Origin: Candidatus Krumholzibacteriota bacterium
GTDB taxonomy: Bacteria > Krumholzibacteriota > Krumholzibacteriia > JAJRXK01
Length of the DNA stretch: 64,000 nt
NCBI GenBank assembly: GCA_963806035.1
Contig: CAWDWO010000020.1
Coordinates: forward strand, 1-64,000
Direction: 5' to 3'
Position numbers and translations under genes: made by a program. Positions 42,652 through 52,400 of this stretch are shown one piece after another (within the stretch, counting starts at the first letter, position 1; each line of letters begins with the position of its first letter). The notes beneath the pieces are model-generated. The model had not been told where the DNA came from. It saw only the letters and a program-made list of their open reading frames with translations, and ran no database searches.

Positions 42652-44039
42652 TGGCTCACCCCCCGCATTTTGCTCGCACTCGAGCCCCGAACGAGGGTGA
42701 GTGTCCAAGCGATGGCCACGACCGCAGCCGCGGCGACCAGCGCGCGCAGATAGCTCATCCCCAGAAGACCGTGAAGCGCCACGTGCAGCGCGATACCGCC
42801 ACTGAACAGGAACCAGCGGTGCCGGTAGACGAGGAATCGGAAGACGGTGATGAGCGCGGCCACCCCCAGGGTCCACCAGGCGCACACGCGCGCGACCGCC
42901 CTCACGTCGACCTCGGCCCCGTGACCCGCGCCTCCGCCGATATCCCAGGCCTTCAGAGTGAGAAAGAGCACGAAGAGGATCGCGCCCACGCCGTAGTCGC
43001 TGAAGGCCGGCGAGGGCTTGTTCACTCTCGCCTTGCGATCGAGCCAGGGAACCAGCGCCCAGCTGCCCATGAGGACCGAGACCATGAGGAGCGCGGCCTG
43101 CGGCCCCTCCATGAACCACAGGTGCGGCGGGAATTCCTTGAGCAATTGATAGATCCAGAGGAAGTACCACTCGGGCTTGATCCCCGGATAGGCCGGCTGC
43201 AAGGGATTGGCTTTCAGTCCCAATTCCCATTCGACCCCGGGAACCCCCGGTCCGTAGGGAAGCATCACGGCCAGAATCATCAGGCCGATGAGACACAAGA
43301 GCCACAGGAGTAGATCCCTGAGCAGGAAGTTGGGGAAGAACTTCATGCCGCCTCCCTTGGGTTCATGTGCCAAGGGTGGAGCCATTCCCTGCCGCTGGAT
43401 GAGCAGCAGATGAATGCTGATCAAGGCGAAGATGAGCAGAGGGAGCGCGACGACGTGCAGGGCGAAAAAGCGGTACAGGGTATTGATGGACACGTCGTGT
43501 CCTCCCCTCATCACCTGCAGGAGCCACTCCCCGATGCCCGGGACCGCCTTCACCGAGTCAGTGCCGACCGAAGTCGCGAAGTAGGCCAGCTCGTTCCACG
43601 GCAGCAGATAACCCGAAAAGCCGAAGCCCAAACCGATGGCGAAGAGGAGAAAACCCGTGATCCAGGTAATTTCGCGTGGGGGCCGATAGGCCTTGAGCAT
43701 CATCGTCGAGAACATGTGGACCGTCAGCGAGACGATCATCAAGTGCGCGCTCCAGCAGTGCACGGATCGGATGAGCCAGCCGAAAGGCACCTTCGTGGTG
43801 ATGAACCGGATGCTCTCGTAGGAACTCGCTTCCCCCGGCTTGTAATAGAGCAGGAGAAGCAAGCCGGTCGCGATTTGGACCAGGAAGAAGAAGAGCGTGG
43901 TGCCACCCAGGTAGTACCAGACCATGGGATGATCCCCCAGTGGCACCTCTTTGTGCTTGAGGAACTCTACCAGGTTACCCAGGGAATAACGGCGATCGAG
44001 CCAACGGTACACGGGGTTGGAAATGGCGGGTTGATTCAT
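42648..44039 (-). CDS. petB: Cytochrome b of a Rieske/cytochrome b complex (unsplit, extra C-terminal helices)
   Basis: WYYLGG, IRSVHCWSAH..TVH, GYLLPW, RFFALH..IH, KPEWYF. Confidence 0.92.
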   Translation of the reverse strand: MNQPAISNPVYRWLDRRYSLGNLVEFLKHKEVPLGDHPMVWYYLGGTTLFFFLVQIATGLLLLLYYKPGEASSYESIRFITTKVPFGWLIRSVHCWSAHLMIVSLTVHMFSTMMLKAYRPPREITWITGFLLFAIGLGFGFSGYLLPWNELAYFATSVGTDSVKAVPGIGEWLLQVMRGGHDVSINTLYRFFALHVVALPLLIFALISIHLLLIQRQGMAPPLAHEPKGGGMKFFPNFLLRDLLLWLLCLIGLMILAVMLPYGPGVPGVEWELGLKANPLQPAYPGIKPEWYFLWIYQLLKEFPPHLWFMEGPQAALLMVSVLMGSWALVPWLDRKARVNKPSPAFSDYGVGAILFVLFLTLKAWDIGGGAGHGAEVDVRAVARVCAWWTLGVAALITVFRFLVYRHRWFLFSGGIALHVALHGLLGMSYLRALVAAAAVVAIAWTLTLVRGSSASKMRGVSQ

Positions 44040-44494
44040 GCCAGCTTCCCATCGACGACGATGTCCTTACCCTCTCGGTCCACTCGAAAGGCCTGGAGCG
44101 GCCGCGGCGGCGGACCGGAAATCACGCGTCCGTCGACATCGAAACGCCCGTTGTGACATGCGCACCAAATCACACCGTCGCCCGGCACGTACTGCACGGT
44201 GCAGCCTTCGTGCGTGCACTTGGCGCTGAGGCAACGCAACTTGTCCGAGCTGTCCTCGAAGACCAGCAAGCGAGTGGCCCCCGAGCGCACGATGACGAAC
44301 TGATCGTGATCGAGCTTCGCGGTGTCCTGCGCGCTCAAGTGCACCGGTCCGCTCGCCCCCTGTTGCGGCAGGGGCTTCAAGTAGCGAAAGATGGGCAGGA
44401 TGGCGGCCGCGAGGGTGCCCACGACCCCCAGCCCCAAGAGCCAATCCAAGAAACTGCGGCGGGAAACGAGATCATCACGGGAAGCTTGCGTCAT
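44036..44494 (-). CDS. Rieske iron-sulfur protein
   Basis: Tat motif SRRSFL + TM helix; CTHEGC and CACHNGRF boxes; GPPPRPL. Confidence 0.92.
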   Translation of the reverse strand: MTQASRDDLVSRRSFLDWLLGLGVVGTLAAAILPIFRYLKPLPQQGASGPVHLSAQDTAKLDHDQFVIVRSGATRLLVFEDSSDKLRCLSAKCTHEGCTVQYVPGDGVIWCACHNGRFDVDGRVISGPPPRPLQAFRVDREGKDIVVDGKLA

Positions 44495-44710
44495 GGAGCC
44501 CTTTCTGCCGATTCTGGCGCCACCGAGCCACCGGCCTCTCCCCTGCCCCCTGCACTTTCCCTTGGCAAGGCGAAGATCCGGACGTACGCTCGTACCATAC
44601 TGGATATTGGGCTCTTGAGTCTGTTTACTCAAGTACTGATTGAGGGACTTTAAGGGACCCTCCAGCAGGAGTTCAATCTCGGATTGCCCCCCGCAACGAG
44701 AGACGAAGCC

Positions 44711-46477
44711 GTGCCCGACGAGCGAATCCAGAGACTGGAGAGGGCTTTCGAAGCTCTGCGTCTGCGCGTGGAGGCCCTCGAGGAGGAGCTGCAACACGGC
44801 GGCGCGAAGGGAGCTTCCCCGGCGGAGCCCACTCCGCTCCCGGCCGGGGAAGCGGAAGCCGCGGGCGCCTGGGCCGCCGCGCCACCCAAGCGCAGTCTGC
44901 TTCCCCTCTTGGGCAGGACCCTGCTGGTCCTGGGGGGCGCCTTCTTCCTCAGAGCGGCCACCGACGCGGGGATCCTCCCCCGGACCACGGGCGCCGCCAT
45001 GGGACTCGTTTACGGACTGAGTTTCTTGCCGCTCGCGTACCGCGCGGCCCACCGCGAAGGCTTCGTGCGCAGCGCCTTCTTTCACGGGCTCTCCTCGGCC
45101 CTCGTGGTCTTCCCCCTGCTCTTCGAGGCGACGGTTCAACTCAAGTATCTCGCGCCTCCGCTGAGCGCCGCGGCGCTCGCCCTCTCGGTGGGTGCGGCGC
45201 TCTTCATCGCCTGGCGACGAGGCCTTCATGGAGTGGCCTGGATCTTCGCCGGGGTGGGGGCCCCGCTGGCGCTGGCTTTGGCCATGCTGACGAAACTGTG
45301 GTTGCCCTATCTCGCCATCGCACTCGCGATCTACAGCTGCACGCTGCTTCTGGCCTACGCGCGACAGTGGTTGTTCTTGGGAATCTCGGGCGCGGTCCTG
45401 GCCGACATGATGGTGCTGTTGCTCAGCTCCTTGTATCTGCTCTCGAGCGAAGGCACTCCGCTGAGCGGCATGGACTTGCGGATTCTCGTGCTTCTGCAAT
45501 ACGCATTGGTCGGCGTGTATCTGGGGACCTTCGCCCAGCGTACTCTGGTAAGCGGGCGGGAAATCCTCCCTTTGGAAATCGTCCAGACCGTGTTCGTGCT
45601 GATCGTCGGGATGGGAGGAGCGCTCGCGCTGGCCGGGCACCACCCGCATCTGCGCTTGTTCATGGGCGGCACCGCGCTCTTGGCCACCGCATCGAGTTAC
45701 GCGGTCTCCTTCAGCTTCATCGACCGGCGTCTGGCGCGCCGACGCAACTTCATCTTCTACACCAGCATCGCGCTGGTCTTCATGCTGGTGGCTTCCTTCA
45801 CTCTCTTCAGCGGAGAGGTGCGCAGCTGGATTCTCCTGGCGGACGCCTCGCTCACCGCGCTCATCGCCCTACGCAAGCAGCGCACGACTCTGCTTCTGCA
45901 CGCCGCGCTCTTCACCGTGGCGGCCGCGCTGAGTTCGGGATTACTGCGGCTTTCCTTGGGCGCACTCCTGGGTTGGGAGTCGGAGCTGGGGAATCACCAC
46001 GCACTGCCGCTGGCAGCGGTGATGCTGGCCGCGGCCGCGTGCGCGAGCGTGCGCGTGGGAGCCTTTCGCGGTACTTGGGGCCCGCTGGCGCGCGCGCCGC
46101 GCACCCTGTGTCTCGCTCTTTTGGTGCTGGGGATCAGTGGAATCGGCACGCTCTTGGGGGGCGCAGTCCTGGCGGGTGATGCCAGCGGCGCTCGCGATGC
46201 CGCGATCTTGGCCTCCCTGCGCACGGGATTGCTCGCGGTGGTGGCCGTGCTCCTGGCCTGGATTTCCGCCAAGTCGCGCTTCAAGGAGGCGCGTTGGCTC
46301 GTGTATCCGACCCTGGTTCTCGGAGGGGCCGAGTTGCTCCTCGGCGATCTCCGCTATGGCCGTTCCGCCACCATGTTCATCTCACTGGTGATCTACGGCA
46401 GCGCGCTCATCCTCGCCCCTCGCCTCTTGAAGAGGTTGGCAAGCAAGTCGCCCTCCCCCACCGTAAGCTCCGGCTGA
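44711..46477 (+). CDS. Polytopic membrane protein (DUF2339-like)
   Basis: N-terminal coiled coil + Pro/Ala linker followed by ~15 hydrophobic helices. Confidence 0.65.
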   Translation: MPDERIQRLERAFEALRLRVEALEEELQHGGAKGASPAEPTPLPAGEAEAAGAWAAAPPKRSLLPLLGRTLLVLGGAFFLRAATDAGILPRTTGAAMGLVYGLSFLPLAYRAAHREGFVRSAFFHGLSSALVVFPLLFEATVQLKYLAPPLSAAALALSVGAALFIAWRRGLHGVAWIFAGVGAPLALALAMLTKLWLPYLAIALAIYSCTLLLAYARQWLFLGISGAVLADMMVLLLSSLYLLSSEGTPLSGMDLRILVLLQYALVGVYLGTFAQRTLVSGREILPLEIVQTVFVLIVGMGGALALAGHHPHLRLFMGGTALLATASSYAVSFSFIDRRLARRRNFIFYTSIALVFMLVASFTLFSGEVRSWILLADASLTALIALRKQRTTLLLHAALFTVAAALSSGLLRLSLGALLGWESELGNHHALPLAAVMLAAAACASVRVGAFRGTWGPLARAPRTLCLALLVLGISGIGTLLGGAVLAGDASGARDAAILASLRTGLLAVVAVLLAWISAKSRFKEARWLVYPTLVLGGAELLLGDLRYGRSATMFISLVIYGSALILAPRLLKRLASKSPSPTVSSG

Positions 46478-46487
46478 ACGCCGATCC

Positions 46488-48215
46488 TCAGGCGTGGATG
46501 TGCAGCACCGCATCCGCGCTCAGAGGCGAGCTGAAGCGGATCTTTCTTCCTCCGGTCACCGGGTCCCCCGCCGAAGTCGTGCCGTCGGTCGGATCCAGCC
46601 ACTCCACCTGCAGGGTCGCCTGGCCCGTCGCTGACAAATCGACGGTGACGCTGCCGCCGGAGGGCAGATAGACCAGATAGACGGGCCCCTCCGAGGACGC
46701 CTTCGCCAGGCAATAGCCGGTGGAGGCGAGTGCGCCGCTGGGTACCATTTGGTTGAGGGGGAGGCGGCGCGCAAGCGCGGCCACGTAGCCCATGTTGGCT
46801 CGCAAGCTCACCCAGGTGGGATCATCGAAGTTGAAGCCCTCGCCCCCCACTCCGTATCCCTGGCCGTCGTAGCCGTCCATGAAAATGGGATTCCTGCCGC
46901 GCAGGAAGGATTTCCAGACCCAATAGCGGTCCCCGCAGATTCCACAGAGATGATCGGTATCATCCAGAATGACTTTGCTTCCGTCGGCGGCCGGCGGATC
47001 GTCGATGCCGCCATTGGGCGAGATCCAATCAGCTTCGCTGGCGAAGAGCGCACTGTTGTCACCGTTGGGCCACTCCACCGTGATCCCCACCGGATGCTGG
47101 TCGGGCAAGCCGGCCTCGTACTGCTTGATCACTTCCAGCATGTGGTTCTGCCAGCCCATCGAGCCGGAATTGCTCTCGTTGCTGATTTCGAAGAGCACGT
47201 TGTCCAGATCGTTGACGCTGTCGATGACCTTCTTCACGTAGGCCTCTTGGATTGCGGTGACCGCGGGATTGGCAAGCTCGTGGGTCTCCTCCCCGCTGTC
47301 GTTTCCGTTCAAATCGCCGTTGATCCCGTTGATGTTGTTGCTGGCCTTGAAGGGATGGCCGTGCCAGGGATTGTTGTACGAGAAGTTCCCCTTCGCATCG
47401 ACCACGCTCCAGCCGTTGAAGAGCATGATCGAGACGTAGATAGCATTCGCGCGCGCAGTGAGCACGCGCTGGCGAAGCCGGTCGAAGTAGTTCTGGTCGA
47501 ACTGGCTGAGATCGAACTTGGGCAGGCCGTCATCGGCCACGCCCGGACCGCTTCGCACGAATGGCGTGGTCGGATTGAACCAGTACTGGTCATCCGCCGT
47601 CTCCAGAGTCCAGCGCGATTGCTCCCAGGTCCACAGCCGGAAGAAGTTGTGTCTGTTCTGCTTCAGAAAGCTGAGGAAGGCGTTGTAGTCGAACTCGGGT
47701 GGAGGGTTGCCTCTGCCGGCGTCCTGGAAATCGAGCCAGGTGTGCGAACCGGTCAAGAGCACGGTTCGCCCGCGCGAGTCGATGAAATAACGCGGATTCT
47801 GCGGGCTCACCTCGAGCGGCCCCATCCCCAGAACCACGCGATCCAAAACGCCGAAGCTCACCCCACCGACCACCCCGTCATCTTTCACCTGAATGAGAGC
47901 CGAACCAGCTCCGGCGCCCGTCGCGACGCCCTTGCTCCCCTCGTCGTTGCTCACGCTCACGATCGAAGGGTCGGATGAGCTCCATTCCACTTGATCGGAG
48001 ATGTCGTGTCGCGAGCCATCGGCGTAGAAGCCCGTGGCAAACAACCTCTGAGTTTGACCCACGTCGACCTCGGCATCCTGCGGAGTCACGACGATGGAAG
48101 TAAGCGAATCGGTTCCGGGGAGCCTCTCGGCACTGACGCTGCCTTCTTCTCCTCCACACGCCACGAGGAGGGAGAGGATTCCCAGCACGAGCAAACGCGG
48201 TGACATGACACTCAT
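46488..48215 (-). CDS. Lipoprotein with a BIG2 Ig-like domain and a clan-A glycoside-hydrolase-like (DUF4038/DUF6298-type) barrel
   Basis: Lipobox LLVAC; VTP..V.VG...WSSSDPSIVSV Ig motif; NPRYF, YFDRL, FEISNE; C-terminal WLDPTDG..DAVL beta domain. Confidence 0.7.
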   Translation of the reverse strand: MSVMSPRLLVLGILSLLVACGGEEGSVSAERLPGTDSLTSIVVTPQDAEVDVGQTQRLFATGFYADGSRHDISDQVEWSSSDPSIVSVSNDEGSKGVATGAGAGSALIQVKDDGVVGGVSFGVLDRVVLGMGPLEVSPQNPRYFIDSRGRTVLLTGSHTWLDFQDAGRGNPPPEFDYNAFLSFLKQNRHNFFRLWTWEQSRWTLETADDQYWFNPTTPFVRSGPGVADDGLPKFDLSQFDQNYFDRLRQRVLTARANAIYVSIMLFNGWSVVDAKGNFSYNNPWHGHPFKASNNINGINGDLNGNDSGEETHELANPAVTAIQEAYVKKVIDSVNDLDNVLFEISNESNSGSMGWQNHMLEVIKQYEAGLPDQHPVGITVEWPNGDNSALFASEADWISPNGGIDDPPAADGSKVILDDTDHLCGICGDRYWVWKSFLRGRNPIFMDGYDGQGYGVGGEGFNFDDPTWVSLRANMGYVAALARRLPLNQMVPSGALASTGYCLAKASSEGPVYLVYLPSGGSVTVDLSATGQATLQVEWLDPTDGTTSAGDPVTGGRKIRFSSPLSADAVLHIHA

Positions 48216-48394
48216 GGCTTGCACCTGATGACTGGAAGCGGGGATCGGACTCGAATGACTCGGCCCAAGGCTGCAAAGGGGCTCGCCGGGAAGTCCCTCA
48301 CGGGGGCTCCGGGAGACGCCCCGGATCCCAGACAGTCTATCATAACGGGGGCGAGCCCGCATTTCGGGCCCGTTTACCAGCGTTCAGGGGCGGC

Positions 48395-49402
48395 TCAGAC
48401 CCACTCGTTGGTGTACTTCGTGAGCGCTTTCATGTAGTTCCCGCGCTCGAAGGCCTCGGGATTGGCGCAATTCGCCTGGCTGAACGAGCCCTTCAGCTGC
48501 TCCACGCTCGCGTACTCTTTCTCCTCCATCCACGCGTTCAAACCGCGCAGGATCTCGCTCACGTGGCCAGGACCCTTGCGCAGCAGCACGCTGGCCAGAG
48601 CAGCGGCGTCGGCGCCGACCAAGAGCATACGCGCCAGATCGAGGTGGTCGTGCACTCCGCTGGTGGCGCACAGACTCAAACCCACCTGGTCCTTGAGGAT
48701 TGCAATCCACCGCAGGGCCAAGAGCATTTCTTCCCGGCTGCTCAGAACCAGGTGCGGCACGACTTCCATCTCGAGGAGATCGAGATCGGGTTGCAAGTAG
48801 CGGTTGAAGAGTACCAGTCCGTCGGCGCCGGCGAAGTCGAGACGGGTGGCCATGTGCGGCAGGCTGGAGAAGTAAGGGCCCAGCTTCACCGCCAGAGGAA
48901 GTTGCGTTCCCTTGCGCACCTGTTCGACCAGCTGAATGATGCGACGCTCGACATCCTCTCCCGTCATCTCGGGATCGGCGGGTACGTAGTACACGTTGAG
49001 CTCCAGGGCATCGGCTCCCGCTTCCTCCATCATCGTGGCGAAGCGCGACCAGCCACCGGGAGAATGCCCGTTCAAGCTGGCGATGACCGGTACCGAGAGA
49101 CTCGACTTCGCGGCCCGAATGTGCTCGAGGTATTCCTGCGGCCCCCGCTTGTACTCCGTCAGCTGAGGAAAGTACCCGGTGACTTCCGGAGAGTTCTCCG
49201 CGCCGTATTGATCCAGCCTTTGTTCCTGGAGCTCCTCGTGTTCGACTTGCTCCTCGAAGAGACTGGGAAGTACGACCCCTCCCACTCCGGCGTCCTCCAG
49301 ACGCTTGAGAGTGTCGAGGTCACCGGTGAGCGGAGAAGACGAAGCCAAGAGCGGATTCTTCAAACTCAGGCCCAGATAGTCGCTGGTCAGATTCGACTTC
49401 AT
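48395..49402 (-). CDS. Dihydroorotate-dehydrogenase-like flavoprotein
   Basis: YLGLSLKNPL, VIASLNG, GADALELN, AVKL, ADGLVLFNR; ATGA-coupled to PFOR. Confidence 0.85.
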   Translation of the reverse strand: MKSNLTSDYLGLSLKNPLLASSSPLTGDLDTLKRLEDAGVGGVVLPSLFEEQVEHEELQEQRLDQYGAENSPEVTGYFPQLTEYKRGPQEYLEHIRAAKSSLSVPVIASLNGHSPGGWSRFATMMEEAGADALELNVYYVPADPEMTGEDVERRIIQLVEQVRKGTQLPLAVKLGPYFSSLPHMATRLDFAGADGLVLFNRYLQPDLDLLEMEVVPHLVLSSREEMLLALRWIAILKDQVGLSLCATSGVHDHLDLARMLLVGADAAALASVLLRKGPGHVSEILRGLNAWMEEKEYASVEQLKGSFSQANCANPEAFERGNYMKALTKYTNEWV

Positions 49403-52400
49403 TCCTTCGGCTCCTTCGAAAGACGATCCGCGTCCTCTTCTTCGTCGGCGGGAAGCGTGCGCTCCACCCCCGCCAGTTGCTTGTAGTACTTGTAGCGCTG
49501 CTCGATTTCGCTCTGCGCCACCGCGAAGAGACGTTTCGCCCGTTCGGGTTTACTTCGCTCGAGCATTCCGAAGCGCGCCTCCTTCAAGGCAAAGTCACGG
49601 AAGGGAATCGACGGTTGTTTGCTGTCCAGCTTGAAGGGCGTCGATCCCTCGGTGTGCGCCTCGTCCGGATTGTAGTGATAGAGGCTGATGAAGCCACTCT
49701 TCACGCCTTCCTTCTGGTGCGACATCGAAGTGCTCATGTCGATGCCGTGCGCGATGCAGTGGCTGTAGGCGATGATCAAGGAGGGACCGTCGTAGGCTTC
49801 GGCCTCCTTCATGACCCTGATGGTGTGGCTCGGATTGGCCCCGAGGGCAACCTGCGCCACATAGCAATTGCCGTAGGCCATCGCGATCATGCCGAGATCC
49901 TTCTTGCCCAGGGACTTGCCCCCCGCGGCGAATTTGGCCACCGCGGCGCGCGGCGTGGCCTTGCTAGCCTGGCCACCGGTGTTCGAATAGACCTCCGTGT
50001 CCAGCACCAGGATGTTGACGTTGCGACCTGAGGCAATGACGTGGTCGAGACCACCGAAGCCGATGTCGTAGGCCCAGCCGTCACCACCCACGATCCAAAC
50101 ACTGCGGCGCACCAGGGAATCGGCCACGGCCAGAAGATCGCGCGCATCGAGATCTTCCTCACCCTGCAACATCTCCTTGAGTTCGGCGACCCGCGCCCTC
50201 TGCGCGGTGATCCCCGCCTCGGTCTTCTGCTCGCCTTCGAGCAACCCGCCGGCCAGATCTCCACCCAGACGCGCGCTCATCTTGCGCACGAGACTGCGCG
50301 CGAAGGATGTCTGCGCCTCGACCGCCAAGCGCATGCCGATCCCGAACTCCGCGTTGTCCTCGAAGAGCGAGTTGTTCCAGGCGGGCCCGTGTCCGGCCGC
50401 GTTGGTGGTGTAGGGAGTGGTGGGAAGGTTCCCGCCGTAGATGGACGAGCAACCGGTGGCGTTGGCGATGATCATGCGGTCGCCGAAGAGCTGCGTCGCC
50501 AGCTTGATGTAGGGAGTCTCTCCGCAGCCGGCGCAGGCGCCGGAGAACTCGAAGAGAGGTTCGCCGAGTTGGCTGCCCTTGATGCTGTCCAGCTTCACGT
50601 CCTGCCGGGGCAGATACTCGATCGAGGAGAAATAGTCGAAATTGGCCCGCTCACGCTCGAGATGATCGCGCTGGGGCTCCATGTTGATCGCCTTGTGTTT
50701 GGCGACCTTCTTGGAGTGCGCGGGACACACGTCGACGCAGACGCCGCAGCCGGTGCAGTCGTCGGGGGCGACCTGAATTGCCATTTCCAGTCCCTCGTGC
50801 TCCTTGGTCTTCCAGGGCACCGAGAGGAAGCCTTCGGGCCGGTCGCCGTTGCGATCCTTCGGGTCCCAGGCGTTCATGCGGATGGCAGCGTGCGGACACA
50901 CCAGCGAGCAGAGTGCGCACTGGATGCAGATCTCGGGATCCCAAATGGGAATCTCCTGCGCGATGCTGCGCTTCTCCCACTTCGTAGTCCCGGTGGGGAA
51001 GGTCCCGTCGACCGGCATCGCGCTCACCGGCAACAGGTCCCCCTTGCCTTCGATCATGATGCGCGTGACGCGCTGCACGAAATCGGGTGCGATTTCGGGC
51101 ACTCCCGGATGACGCCGGATGGTGGAGTTGACCTTGCCCGGCACCTTGACCTCGCTGAGCGCGCCCAAGGACGCGTCCACCGCGGCGAAGTTGCGATCGA
51201 GTACCGCCTGGCCACGTTTGCCGTAGGTCTTGCGGATGGCCTCCTTGATCCTGGCGATCGCGTCGTCCTTGGGCAAAACGCCGCTGATGGCGAAGAAGCA
51301 GGTCTGCATCACGGTGTTGATTCGCGTGCCCATGCCAGCTTCCTTGGCCACCTTGTAGCCGTCCACCACGTAGAACTTCAGCTTCTTGTCGAGGATGCCC
51401 TGCTGCGTTTCCGCGGGAATCTGATCCCAGACCTCTTCGGCGGAGAAGGGACTGTTCAGGAGGAAGGTCGCGCCCTCGCAGGCTGTCTCCAGAACGTCCA
51501 TCTTCTCCAGGAAGTTGAACTGGTGGCAGGCCACGAAATTCGCGCGGCGAATGAGATAGGTGCTCTCGATGGGACGCGGCCCGAAACGCAGGTGGCTGAC
51601 GGTGGTGCTGCCGGCCTTCTTCGAGTCGTAGACGAAGTAGCCCTGAGCGTACATCTCGGTTTCTTCACCGATGATCTTCACCGAGTTCTTGCTGGCTCCC
51701 ACCGTGCCGTCGCTGCCCAGTCCGTAGAACACGGCGCGGGTGACGTCGTCGGGTTCGGTGACGAAATCGTCATCCCAGTCGAGGCTGAGGTGCGTCACGT
51801 CGTCGACGATACCCACGGTGAAGCGGCGCAGCGCATCCTCCTTCTTCGCCTCGTCCAGGACTCCCTTCACCATGGCGGGAGTGAATTCCTTGCTCGAAAG
51901 ACCGTAGCGGCCGCCGATGACCCGCGGCGCTTCACCCTGCCACTCCTCGCGCACGGCGGTGAGCACGTCCAGGTAGAGCGGCTCCGCCGGAGCGCCCGGC
52001 TCCTTGGTCCGATCCAACACCGCCAGAGTCTTCACCGTGTCGGGGAGCGCTTTCACCAGGGCCTTCATGTCGAAGGGGCGGTAGAGCCGCACCTTGAGCA
52101 GGCCGACGGGCTCACCCATTTCGTTCAGCTTGCGGACCGCTTCCTCGGCCGCGCCCACCCCGCTGCCCATGAGCACCACCACGCGCTCGGCCTGGGGCGA
52201 ACCCACGTAATCGAAGAGCTGGTATTGGCGTCCGGTCAGCTTTGCGAACTCGTCCATCGTTTCCTGCACGAGTTCGCTACAGCGATCGTAGAAGGGATTG
52301 ATGGCCTCACGCGCCTGGAAGAAGACGTCCGGGTTCTGCGCCGATCCTCTGAGTACCGGCGCGGAAGGATTCAATGCGCGCCCGCGGTGTTGATGAATCA

